64,000 nt of DNA from Nitrosopumilus sp. (GCA_965204345.1 OZ241981.1:224001-288000); one strand, 5' to 3'. Positions 32,111 to 43,359 are shown, counted from the first letter of the stretch. Numbers and translations are program-made. Notes: generated by a model not told the origin, from the letters alone.

Positions 32111-33375
32111 TACATATCATGGGGGGGAAGGTATATTGTAAAGGTTACCGGATCGTTTGATGCCTTGATGGTGCCCCCATGCAGACGCACTATGTTGGCA
32201 CAGCCGGTAAGGCCCAGCCCCGTCCCCTCCATCTTGGTGGTGTATAGGGGCTCAAACACCCTGTCTGTATCCCCCTTTATTGGAGGTCCAGAATTCTCAA
32301 AGGAGATCATGGCATGATCTGTGTCCTTGTGCAGCCACACGGTAATGGTACCTGGTGCATCACCGATAGCCTGTGTGGCATTGAGCAACAGGTTTGCAAA
32401 TACAAACCCCATCTTCTCTGCATCGCAGTTTATGACAAGGTCATCGCTGGGAAGGCACAGTTGGATGTTTTCTGGTATGAATACTGTATCAAGGCACTCC
32501 CGCATCACACCCATCACGGTGGCAGGCCTGAGAACCAGCGGTACAGAGCGCGCATGTGCCATCACACCGTCAACCTGGTGCGACATGCGCCACACGGAGC
32601 GCTTTATCCTTTCTGTCTCCTGCAAGACAGTCTTCGGATCTTCGCTCTCCTGTATCAGGGCAACTGAATTGCGTATGGCGCCAAGCGGGTTTCTCATGTC
32701 GTGGGCCACAGCAGCTGCCAGCTCGCCAATGACTGCAAGCTTGCTTGCTTTGAGTATCTCATCTGTATGCCTGGAGAAGATTCTCCATATGAGCATTATC
32801 ATGAGTACGTGTATTGTGACATTTACAACACCCATGGCAATTTGCAGATGTATCAACCGCGTAGAGGATTTCTCGATATCTGCTGCAAGATCCCCAGTCA
32901 GTACATCAGAGAGATCTACCAGTCTGGTGCCTGCAACCACTACTGTCCCAAGATGGCCGTCTCCCTCCTCCAGTGTTAGGGACACGGCATTCCTATATGC
33001 AACAAACGCATCAGAGACGTTTTCCCATTTGCCTGCAAACTCTGCAGACAACGGAGGTATTTTGACACCGTTTGCGGGTCCCCCGTCCTTCAAAAGCACG
33101 ATGTTATTTTCCAAATCTACGAGTGCGGCATGGATGTCCCCGTGTTTCTGTACGCCGCGGTACAAGACGTTGTTTAGCTCTATCTGGACTGCGCCTGCAA
33201 GAAACCTGTTCTTTCCTGCTATGTTTACGGTGTTTCCTGCAAGGTTTGTCTGTGATTCGTAGTGTATGATTACCAGAAAGCTTGCCAGTATAAGGAGAAC
33301 CTCTGCTGATACTATGAGGGCTATCTTGTGGGAGGGCTTCATGCAATATGGTGGATACGTATCAGATAAATCCAT
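32110..33375 (-). CDS. Membrane sensor histidine kinase with PilJ/NarX-like sensor domain
   Basis: Two TM segments, VNIAGKNRFL, AHDMRNPL (H-box), NLLLNA, FEPLYTTK, GTGLGL. Confidence 0.92.
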   Translation of the reverse strand: MDLSDTYPPYCMKPSHKIALIVSAEVLLILASFLVIIHYESQTNLAGNTVNIAGKNRFLAGAVQIELNNVLYRGVQKHGDIHAALVDLENNIVLLKDGGPANGVKIPPLSAEFAGKWENVSDAFVAYRNAVSLTLEEGDGHLGTVVVAGTRLVDLSDVLTGDLAADIEKSSTRLIHLQIAMGVVNVTIHVLMIMLIWRIFSRHTDEILKASKLAVIGELAAAVAHDMRNPLGAIRNSVALIQESEDPKTVLQETERIKRSVWRMSHQVDGVMAHARSVPLVLRPATVMGVMRECLDTVFIPENIQLCLPSDDLVINCDAEKMGFVFANLLLNATQAIGDAPGTITVWLHKDTDHAMISFENSGPPIKGDTDRVFEPLYTTKMEGTGLGLTGCANIVRLHGGTIKASNDPVTFTIYLPPHDM

Positions 33376-33489
33376 TACGGTAAAAAAAAGACATACCGCA
33401 AAAAAATTAAAAATTTATATAATGAAAAGGCATACCGCAAACCAATATCAATATTTAAATGATGAAGGCACATAGGGGTTAGTAATAAC

Positions 33490-34542
33490 ATGAAAAACAA
33501 AACAAAAACAATATTGTTTGCATCACTGATTGTAGCGATGATTTTGCCATTTTCAATAATGAATTTTGCAGAGGCAAATCCAACAGATGACCAAAACAGA
33601 ATAAACAAAAAGATTTCAGATATAGAAAACAACAAAAAAGCATATCAAGAACTAGTTGAAAAAGCAACTGAACTCGAAGACCAAATCGGCAGACCTGACC
33701 ATGAGGATACATCTAGGTTACAAGACAAGTTAGATACAATATATGCCAAAATAGATATCTTACAAGAAATCAACTATGAATTGTTTTCAATACCAGCAGA
33801 TAAAAGTACAATTTTACTTGCTACAAAAGAAAATATAAAACAATCATTAGCTGATGATGTACTGCTAGATTCATTTATTGACTATAGAAATGAAGAACTG
33901 GTTTTTGTTCAAAATCCTGATTTTGTAAAATCTCTCTCGGATTCAGAGAAGACAACAGTCAAAGAAAAGCTCGATAAGAAAATCAAGGTAAATTCTAACG
34001 GCCAAAAATACAGAATAGAATCAGTAGAAGAAAAAAGGCAACAAAACTGTCTAGCTAGATCTAATAACTGTAATCCTCAAATGGGTGGTCTCAAAGTTCA
34101 AGTAAGTACTGGTGATGGATATGGAACTTTGGGATTTGCATCTGATCGATTAGGTGTAGATGGATTTGTTATCACAGCACATCAAACAGGTGGTACAGTT
34201 TACCAATATACTGCTACAGCAGGAACTGTAACTGATGTTCAATATGGTTTATGTGATTGTGCCTTTGTAGAGAATACCAGTAGTGATTCAACCCAAAACA
34301 AAATTTGGACTACTAGTTATGGAAGATTTTCAATAACAAGTGAAGCAAGTAATGCTGATCATGAAATTGGCACATTACTAAGAAAATCCGGTGCTGCCTC
34401 TGGCGTAACATCAGGTTCTATCTATTCTAACACGGGAAATTTTGTCTACGCTGATATCTACAGTATTCCAGGTGACAGCGGCTCTCCTGTATATGCAGGT
34501 TCAGGCTCTAGTGGCAAGCTATATGGCTTGTTGTGGGGTTGA
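33490..34542 (+). CDS. Secreted chymotrypsin-like (S1) serine protease, probably C-terminally truncated
   Basis: Signal peptide; triad motifs VITAH, CDCAFV, PGDSGSP; stops abruptly at YGLLWG. Confidence 0.8.
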   Translation: MKNKTKTILFASLIVAMILPFSIMNFAEANPTDDQNRINKKISDIENNKKAYQELVEKATELEDQIGRPDHEDTSRLQDKLDTIYAKIDILQEINYELFSIPADKSTILLATKENIKQSLADDVLLDSFIDYRNEELVFVQNPDFVKSLSDSEKTTVKEKLDKKIKVNSNGQKYRIESVEEKRQQNCLARSNNCNPQMGGLKVQVSTGDGYGTLGFASDRLGVDGFVITAHQTGGTVYQYTATAGTVTDVQYGLCDCAFVENTSSDSTQNKIWTTSYGRFSITSEASNADHEIGTLLRKSGAASGVTSGSIYSNTGNFVYADIYSIPGDSGSPVYAGSGSSGKLYGLLWG

Positions 34543-34620
34543 CCATTTTCAGAACCCACTGATACCATCTATACAAAATATCATATAATCGATTACATCT
34601 GAATTTAGATTAGAATAGAC

Positions 34621-35187
34621 ATGCAAAAACTGCTACTTTTTTTCCTTTTTTTATTATTTGGAGTCAATTATGTAAATGCAGAATTTGATTCATTAAAACA
34701 GCAACTAGAAAACAACATACCGCTTGATGAAATTGAATGTAAAAATAAAATGCATATTCTAACTGAAAGACCTAATGGAAAATTAGCTTGTGTATTTGAA
34801 AATACTGCTGAAAAATTAAATTGGAATAAAATTAACCCTATCACGACTGATATTTTTGAGCTAAAATTTAACGATAATGCATACGATATAGAATATGTCA
34901 TAGAGGGTGGTGTAGTTAAAAACATGATGATAAATCCTGAAAATGAACTTTTTACCATATATGTAGACTCATTTCAAGAGGGTAATCTCAAAATGCAATT
35001 ATCTTATGAATTTCTTGATGAATTAAAATCTACTCGTGATCAAATCTTTCTTCTTAGATCCAATGGAGAATCAACTTCATGGACCGCGCTGCCCGGAAAA
35101 GATCCAAACAAAATAGAATTTATGATTTATTTTAAACAAGGAAATACAGTAATCGAATTTCAAAAAGACGAGATAATACTAAAGTGA
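34621..35187 (+). CDS. Secreted protein with SxxQ...IxC...CV...W surface domain
   Basis: Signal peptide; DSLKQQLENNIPLDEIEC...GKLACVFENTAEKLNW; same domain type as 60254-61678. Confidence 0.7.
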   Translation: MQKLLLFFLFLLFGVNYVNAEFDSLKQQLENNIPLDEIECKNKMHILTERPNGKLACVFENTAEKLNWNKINPITTDIFELKFNDNAYDIEYVIEGGVVKNMMINPENELFTIYVDSFQEGNLKMQLSYEFLDELKSTRDQIFLLRSNGESTSWTALPGKDPNKIEFMIYFKQGNTVIEFQKDEIILK

Positions 35188-35823
35188 CCATAGTTGTTTT
35201 TATTTTAGCAATTCAATTTCTGCATTTTCAATCTTAGAGGCTTTCCAAGACACTGTTAAGAATACGTGACATGGAGTTTACACTGTTCAATCTTAGGGAT
35301 CTCAAATGAAAGATTCTGAAATATTCCGAGTTTGGATCGGTGTGTAAACTAGGAAAGAATCGAAGTGACTGAATTTAGGCGTAAAATCAATGGTTTTAAA
35401 AAATAGAATAAAATAAAAAAAACATACAATCAAATGGCTTTTTTGTCTACTTCTTTCTCTGCAACAGCATAACTTACGCCACCTAATATTATGATGGTTG
35501 CCGTTACGATGCTTAACAATTGTATGTTATTCATGTTATTACCAGCCCCTATGTGCCTTCGTTATTTAAGCAGCTATATTGAGTTACGGCATGCTTCTTT
35601 TTCAGCCAATTTATGATACGAGTCAAATTTTTTTATTGTCAATAAACATTATTTCTGCTGTTTCAAGCCCTTCAAGAAATTGCTGATGTTGGCAATCAGT
35701 AACATAAGTGCAAAGAATGTAATGATGAATTTGTCTATAGCAAGAGGACATTGTCTAAGCAGGCCAAAAAAATATTGAAGATGAATTAGATAATTTAAGA
35801 AAATCATCTCTGGGAATTTACCG

Positions 35824-36683
35824 TTAAATTCCAGTAATTAGTTCATCAGAATTTGCCAAACCTGGATTGAACGATCCTATGAAATGTCCCGAGTTTGAAA
35901 CCGTGTAGTAAAAATCCTGGTAAATCATGCAAGCCCAAAAACATAATGAAAAAAATAAAAAAGAGCTAGTGGATATCATCCATGTCCAATCAACACAAAG
36001 GACATTAACATCATTAGTGCTATGTTTTTTGTTTAGAGTTTTAGCATCAGCGACATTAGAACGAAACAGGCAAGACACATGATGACTTGCATCCGAACGA
36101 ACAACCTCTGCATCATAATCGGCATGATAAGAGTATTCACAGATTAAAGCTGATGTACCTTGTATCATCCAAAATGCCCTTAACCAATCATAAGAACCAT
36201 CAACAACTATGGTGCCATATTCCCTTTGAGATTCTGAAACATACGTATGACCTTCAGTAGCAGAATAACATTCAAAGAGCCAATAACAAGGATGAGTATA
36301 TCCAGGTTGAAATTTAATTTGTTTTGTTCCCCTGATAACTGAATAGGACTTAGTTAGTACAGGGCATTGGTAAGAGAATTCTGTCTTGCTTTTTCTGCTT
36401 CTTTTGCATAGTGAGAACGAAGTATCCAGTATTCTGGATTTTCATCAGCCTGTTGCTGAGTAGGTATGCCAAGTTCATTCATCTGAAATACAAGATCGTG
36501 AAATTTTTTCTCTAATTCCATTCTCTTTTCGGGATTTGTTTCTGCTTCTTTTTGGTCATAAACCCTTTTGGCCTCATTGCCAATTCTTTCTATTTTTTCA
36601 TCTCTTGATAGCTCATCTGCGTATACTGTTATGATGGGTATTGCCAGCAGGATGGCTAGTGCTAATAGCAGCTTGCATGTCAT
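35824..36683 (-). pseudogene. Fragmented secreted protein
   Basis: Signal-peptide ORF 36354-36683 continues in another frame (KQIKFQPGYTHPCYW...) into 35824-36168. Confidence 0.6.
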
Positions 36684-37525
36684 CGCACTCTTAGAATTTG
36701 AGGGTATTTAGGTTGAGCTAACTCCTTGCAATCATGCTTCATATTTGTAGAATGAGAATATTCCAATAACAGAGTCTTGCATAACCCAAAACCGGCAAAT
36801 ATATGGTGAAGAAGACGATGATCATGCGCAGAGACCAGATACACATATCTGCCATATTCTGTTATCGCCTGATCATCTGAGAACATCTTTGGTCATCATT
36901 GTTTCAGATTCTTCTACCTTTCGCTTAATTTCTTTGAGTTTGTCTGCATCTGTCATGTTAGTTGACTCGTCATTCCCGTCTTGGTTGGCATAAGATCGGA
37001 TACTGTCGTTGTGGACCGCGGAATTTTACCAGTTCTACGCATCATCTATTACCGTTTGGTATGATTTGAAAGATATGTCCATGTTCGGTGATGAACCTGC
37101 TTTTGCCCATATAGAAAAAACATCTCCCATACCTTCTAGTTTGTATCTGTGCTTTTAGCTGTGGATTGTTTTGATTCCATAAAAATAATTCATGACCACG
37201 CACTGACTGATGCTGTATTAGTGGTTTTGTTTGTGAGTTGTTTTGAGTGTTTTCACCTGCACTAATTTGTTGGACCAAATGGTTCAACCTCCTATAACTG
37301 GCGTAACGTCGCCAGTGGTACGATTCCTATATGAGAATCACTTTGGGAATCTTCCTTTGGAAAATTCTTAGGTGTGGTTCCCAGGAATATTTTTTTGAAA
37401 ACCAATCATGATTTTCTTTAGTCATCACACACCCATCCGCTGAGTCGGCTGATACTATGGTTGCAGGATCAGGTATAATGGGTTTGGATGATTTGACTCA
37501 GTCAAATAAAAAATGTGCCGTATGA

Positions 37526-37921
37526 TTACGACTTTTCTTCGATTCTCTTGAGAGCATCTGTGATGTTGTTACTGAGCTTCTCTTGGGATGATGTCATATT
37601 CTTTAGTGATGTTGCAATATCTTTTTGGGATGTTGCAATATCCTCTAGAATCTCGTCTTGCTTGTCTAATCGCTTGTACAGTGTCTTTGCCACATTTTTA
37701 GTCGTTATCATCATATACACTGCTATACAGCTGGCAATAATAAGTGATATCCCCGATGCAATGGAGATCTCACGCCACAGATGCATAAGATCAAATACGA
37801 CTCCTGTGAATACAATTGAAAACCCGCATACCATGAGCATAAATAAAATCATGTTCTTGCATACGAATTTGCGTATCCTGCTGGGTAGTGACAGCACAAA
37901 CTTTAGCCTATAGCCGCACAT
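37526..37921 (-). CDS. Small two-TM protein with coiled-coil tail
   Basis: Two hydrophobic helices followed by a DIATS repeat. Confidence 0.55.
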   Translation of the reverse strand: MCGYRLKFVLSLPSRIRKFVCKNMILFMLMVCGFSIVFTGVVFDLMHLWREISIASGISLIIASCIAVYMMITTKNVAKTLYKRLDKQDEILEDIATSQKDIATSLKNMTSSQEKLSNNITDALKRIEEKS

Positions 37922-38823
37922 TCTCTAGTTTCCCAAGCGTTCTCAGTGTTTCATCACGCATGATATAGTCAACTGAGGTTCCTACACCGAGGGTCTTGCT
38001 ATGAACTTTCATGGCATAGGAATACCGTGTGGCCTTTTTTGCAATGTGTCTGACTAGTGCCTCAAAATATGGCTGGCCCTCAAGATTTCTGATTGCAAAT
38101 TCCTCGGCAGTCATGATGCATGTCCTGCCTTTTGTGCGCTCATTGGAGCCACAGGTGATCTTGCAAGTCGGGTCTTCTCACAGCACTTCTTCTTTTGTTT
38201 TTGTACTGTCTGCATTGTTGCATATCCCTTTTTGCTGCGATTCTGCGCAGCTCTTTTCTGTCCCAGTTCTTCTGCAGGGACTTGTTTTCTGTTTGCAACC
38301 TTTGCCGTTCTCTGTGACAAAGATGGCATTGCAGAGTCGACCCAAGGGTCGACTAGCTGCTGTGCCTTTTTTGGTGCCATAAAATTGGCATACATTTTTG
38401 ATTCCTTTTGGAACTCTGTATTGTCTGCTGTATCGGCTGGTTCAAGATTGTATTTTTTGAGAATGTCTGATTTCTCATCCTCTCCAATACCTTTACCATT
38501 TTGTGATATTGCTGCCATGAATACCAAGCTGTTGTTCCTTGGGTTTTCCCCTCAGGTATCTGCATTAGATCATCATCGTCCCCTACTGGAACGAGAATTA
38601 TGCCTGGAACATCATGATTCCTGGAATGTCTGCTGCAAGCAATGGTGGGATCACGTATGCGTATGTCAGTGATCCTACTATGACAAAAATCATCGTCAGT
38701 GCCGCAGTCATTGCCGCCCTTTTGACAAATTGTTTTTTTGACATGGACTCGTACGAGTTTCGGAAAATCATTCCTCATCAGCATGCCTTCTGGTTGGGTT
38801 ATATTGGTAAAATCATGTCAAAG

Positions 38824-38897
38824 TGGTGAGGGCTCAGATTGTGGCTGTCATCATATTGATGTTCAGATCAACGCCGGTCTCATCATCGCCCTCACTA
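38824..38897 (-). ncRNA. C/D-box sRNA (copy A)
   Basis: Minus strand: stem-ATGATGA-gaccggcgttgat-CTGA-acatcaat-ATGATGA-cagccacaat-CTGA-stem (gtgagggc/gccctcac). Confidence 0.85.
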
Positions 38898-39015
38898 TCC
38901 TGTATCAGCCTGTCTTGGCTGTCTTGAAAAATTGTGTATAGTCTGAGTTTCAGGAATTAATCCCGCATTCTTAGATGGCATCTAGTTGAGTTATATTGAT
39001 AAAATAATGTCAAAG

Positions 39016-39089
39016 TGGTGAGGGCTCAGACTGACTCTTGTCATCATACTGATGTCACTATGAATGGTGTCTCATCATCGCCCTCACCA
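39016..39089 (-). ncRNA. C/D-box sRNA (copy B)
   Basis: Minus strand: ATGATGA-gacaccattcata-GTGA-catcagt-ATGATGA-caagagtcagt-CTGA inside a perfect 10-bp terminal stem. Confidence 0.82.
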
Positions 39090-40155
39090 TCCTATCTTAT
39101 AATTCCGAATCTTTCAGAAACGTGTATAGTCTTGGATTTTGGAAAAGGCTGTTACAAAAAATGGTTTTAGGTTTTGTAGATTTGGTTTAGGGTTTTGTTT
39201 TTCAGTTTTGATGATTTGGTTTTTGGAAATTGCACAATTTTGGTGTCGTGTGATTACGCGATATCTGGCAGGTTTTGATTATCTGATAACTGGAATTTGA
39301 CAATTTATTGCCAGGATGCACTATTGGCAGTTTTTAGGATGGGTTGCCAGTCATTTCATTGTTAAGGCGGCTTGTATGTCATCCCAACCACTTGAGCATA
39401 CCTCAGTAGGATTTCTTTGCTGTGTGCATAGTAGCGGTTCTACAAGTGAATGAGGATCCTGATTCGGATCGTCTCCGCATATCCGTGGACCCGGATCATA
39501 ATGAGTATAACATGTGGGTATCAAAAGTATGCCAACTATAGTAAAGATTATGGTTGCACTACCAATTAAAGAGAGTGTATGTGAACTTCATCATCGCAAC
39601 CTAAGAAAGACTTGTAATAAAGTTGGTCTTTACTGCAAAAAACCGGGTGATCCTCCAAAATAATAAGAGGTTGACCTTCAGATGATGACTCAAAACACAA
39701 GCGCCACTACGACAAACTCTTACAATTTTAGAGCTGCCATCCATATGATGTATAATTACGCTACTGCTATTGTATTGAGCACTGCCAATTTGTACGACCG
39801 TCATTATCGAATGCATGAAAACCACAAGTATCTTCTTGTATACCGTATTTGTATCAGGAGAAATCACAATGTTTTACCACTGTCCTAGAAAAGAATTTCT
39901 TGTTGCTTATTTGTTCATCATATTGCGGTAAATCATCTACACTTGCAAAACCATCAATTTGCCGAGTTCCACTTTGTGTTGCATGTGCTCTGATGAATGG
40001 CATTATTGAATCATGTTCATGAGGGATGTTGCCATTTTCAAAATCATATGCCATGTTTGGATAAAGTATCTGTCCTTTTGCAGGTTGCAAATATGCATCA
40101 TATGAGCACCATGCAAAAGGATAATGCCGCCTCTTCTTTTTTTATTTTTAAATGG

Positions 40156-40884
40156 AACGAATGTAATAATAAAATATGAAAAAAAAGTCCTCTTGTCTTT
40201 GAGTATAATTTTGGTGATGGGCTTAATCCCTCAAGGATTCTCTCATGCAGACCCTGAATCAATGACATTGATTACCAATGGTACAATTCAGCAAGTCAAA
40301 GTAGTTGGATTAGGTCCTACTGAAGAGTCAGACAAAGAAGAGGTGATTTCAATATTTGGATTACATCCTGTAATTTTCACATTATCTGCAGGAATTGCAG
40401 CAATCATGGGAATCTTTACATGCATCAGTTATAGAGAAGACATTACTGCATTAAAAAACATCAGACGTGAAAAATCATAAAAATAATTCTGTTCCTAATT
40501 TTATCCATAGGCCTAATTCCTATGGCACATGCAGAGTATTTTGATTGGAAATTCTGCAGTGATACCGTAAAATTCCCATATGCAATAACAAATGGAACAC
40601 TAAAAGAAACAATACATCTCAAGCTGGCAGATACTATTCTGTGTGCCGGGCAATATTCGACTGATTATCAACTGCAGTTAATCCACACATCAAACAACCA
40701 AACTGGTTTTCAAATAGGATTGCCTGAGGAACTAGATTTTGAGAAGATCAAGGTACGAATAATTGACAGATATAATGTTGAGACCTTTTGGCTAAATCAG
40801 ACGGCTGATTTTGTATCATTAGATAATTACACTCATGATAAATTTGGGTTCATTGCAGTTATCTTGGATTTTGCAGGAATATGA
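40156..40884 (+). pseudogene. Two small secreted/membrane protein genes with apparently frameshifted signal peptides
   Basis: ATG-A-tract at 40156 is out of frame with KKVLLSLSIILVMGLIPQGFSHA; the second ORF has a signal-like segment upstream of MAHAE. Confidence 0.45.
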
Positions 40885-41394
40885 TCTGAAATACTTTATA
40901 AAGAAATTAAAAATAATAAAAGAAGCAAGTAAACCAATTATGAGATTTGCACAAAATAGTAATTGATCACTAAGATGCACGGCATCTGACGGTATTCTGG
41001 CAAATTTTGATAATTTAGAATGCCGTAAATCACAGATTGTATAGTCTCAAAACTGCACCGTGAGATTTTTTGACGGCTAGGTAACTTTTTTTAAGAAAAA
41101 TTATCTCTTGCAACTTGCCGTCAAATTGCAGTGATCAGCTTAGCAAAATTTGCCAAATCCATCCAGAGACCAGAAACAAGAATACAACACTGTCATTTGG
41201 CCAAACTTGCAAAATATCATAAACCCGTATCAACTGATTCCTTTTGAATCCTTAAAATGCCAAACCAGGAAAGAATTAAGGAGACGGAATTTAGGCATAA
41301 TGTTACTGATTTTAACAAGCAAAATAAAGAAAAAACACGCAACTAAACGCACATTAAAAGAATTCTTAATTACTCTCTAGTTTTTTCTATAATT

Positions 41395-41970
41395 ATGATA
41401 TATTCAAAAAAACCCCTCATAGGAATAATCATGGGATCTAGTTCGGATAGTAGAATTATGCATGGTGCATCTGAAATTCTAGATGAATACAAAATTAGAC
41501 ATGAGGATCAAATAGTATCTGCGCACAGAACTCCTGCCAGATTGGCAGAATATGCAAAACATGCTGAAAAAATGGGATTCAAGATTATTATTGCCGGTGC
41601 CGGTGGTGCCGCACATTTGCCTGGAATGATTGCATCTCATACCACCATACCTGTTATCGGAGTACCTATCCTGGTGTATAATGACAAACATCCAAAAAAA
41701 TCAGATGCCACAAAGTTTTCTGCATTTGGAGGCCTAGATTCGCTCTTATCTATTACTGAAATGCCTTCAGGCTCTCCCGTAGTGTCTGTTGGGGTAAACA
41801 AGGCAGGAAATGCAGGGATTTATGCCATGAAGATACTTGCAAATGAGTTTCCGGATTTAAAAAAGAAATTAAAACAATACAAGTCAACACAGCACAATTC
41901 AGTAATGGAAGAGTCAGATCATCTAAAAAAGGTCGGCCTTTCAAAGTTTGTGAAAAAGAAATTCAAATAA
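41395..41970 (+). CDS. purE: N5-carboxyaminoimidazole ribonucleotide mutase
   Basis: IIMGSSSD, SAHRTP, AGAGGAAHLPGM, GGLDSLLS..EMPSG. Confidence 0.96.
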   Translation: MIYSKKPLIGIIMGSSSDSRIMHGASEILDEYKIRHEDQIVSAHRTPARLAEYAKHAEKMGFKIIIAGAGGAAHLPGMIASHTTIPVIGVPILVYNDKHPKKSDATKFSAFGGLDSLLSITEMPSGSPVVSVGVNKAGNAGIYAMKILANEFPDLKKKLKQYKSTQHNSVMEESDHLKKVGLSKFVKKKFK

Positions 41971-41971
41971 T

Positions 41972-43180
41972 TCATGTCAGCAAAGTAAATTGGATATTTT
42001 TTTCTTTTAATGACCTTATGAGCGTCTCTGCCTGTTCCTTGCCCTGAGTTTCCAGGCTCAATGTGACTCCTGCTGAACCTGCATCGATTTCTGAGCTTAG
42101 TCTGTCATGAACCACTTCAACAATATTTGCATTGGCAAGCGTTATCTCATCTACAATCTCCTTAAAAGCTCCCGGCCTGTCAGGAAGCAAAATTGATATC
42201 TTTAACAATCTGCCCATTGCTGCAAGACCCTTGTCAACTATCTGGCCTAGCAGATACATGTCCACATTTCCTCCTGCCAAAACTACTGCTATCTTTTTTC
42301 CCATGGCGGGTTTTTTTGATATGAGATAAGCCAGACTGGCAGATCCCGCGGGCTCTACCACAAACTTCATTCTCTCCATTAGCAGAAACATTGCCTTTGT
42401 AATCTCTACATCATCCACAAGAACAATCTCGTCTATCAATTCCTTTATTATGTTGTACGTTAACTGTCCCGGTGTTTTTACAGAGATACCATCAGCTATG
42501 GTCCTATTGCCTCCACTTGTAGTAATTGATCCCTTTTTAACTGAATCATACATTGCTGGAAATGATCTTGACTGAACACCTATGACTCTTATTTGGGGGT
42601 TTTTTTCTTTAATGGCAATTAGTGTTCCGGCAGCTAGTCCGCCACCCCCTATGGGAAGATAAATTTCATCGACATCTGGCAGGTCTTCTAATATTTCAAG
42701 TCCAATCACTCCCTGAGCTGCAATTATCTGGGGATCATCAAAGGCATGTATCAGGACAGCTCCCGTATCTGCGGATATCTCTTTGGCCTTGGCTGATGAT
42801 TCGTCATAGTTTACTCCCTCCAAGATAACCTTGGCACCGTATCCCCTAGTGGATGCAACTTTTGCAGGTGACGCATTTTTTGGCATTACAATAGTGCAGG
42901 GTATTTTTTCTAGTGATGATGCAAAGGCCACTCCCTGTGCGTGATTCCCGGCTGATGCTGCAACAACTCCCTGTTTTTTTTCTGCATCAGATAGGGATTT
43001 GATCTTAAAATATGCGCCACGAATTTTAAATGAACCTGTCTTCTGCCTAAACTCTGTCTTTAGATAAATATCTGATCCTGTCAACCTGCTAAACGTGGGA
43101 GAACGTATCAGAGGAGTCTTTTTAATTTCGTTTCCCCTTGACGCATTTGCTTTTAGTATTTCCCCATATGTTGGCTTCAT
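41972..43180 (-). CDS. ilvA: Threonine ammonia-lyase with C-terminal ACT domain
   Basis: TGSFKIRGA, SAGNHAQGVA, PIGGGGL, TIADGI, LPDRPG. Confidence 0.94.
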   Translation of the reverse strand: MKPTYGEILKANASRGNEIKKTPLIRSPTFSRLTGSDIYLKTEFRQKTGSFKIRGAYFKIKSLSDAEKKQGVVAASAGNHAQGVAFASSLEKIPCTIVMPKNASPAKVASTRGYGAKVILEGVNYDESSAKAKEISADTGAVLIHAFDDPQIIAAQGVIGLEILEDLPDVDEIYLPIGGGGLAAGTLIAIKEKNPQIRVIGVQSRSFPAMYDSVKKGSITTSGGNRTIADGISVKTPGQLTYNIIKELIDEIVLVDDVEITKAMFLLMERMKFVVEPAGSASLAYLISKKPAMGKKIAVVLAGGNVDMYLLGQIVDKGLAAMGRLLKISILLPDRPGAFKEIVDEITLANANIVEVVHDRLSSEIDAGSAGVTLSLETQGKEQAETLIRSLKEKNIQFTLLT

Positions 43181-43359
43181 TGGAGATGTTGCTAATAATT
43201 TGGCGTATTTGACTTCTTCTATACAAAAACTACATTTTTGGTCAAATTTTGTGCTTGATTGGCAGGAATGCCTAAATAGTTCAAAAATCCCGTTGAAATT
43301 ATATCAAGGGATCCGGAAACTCCCCTTTGAGAAGTTCTCTCATCTTCCGGTTCCTTGGT

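Noticed and set aside
36680-38784. Short ORFs between the secreted-protein fragments and the sRNAs
   Set aside because: No recognisable motifs and many stops or shifts; probably decayed genes. Only 37526-37921 was kept
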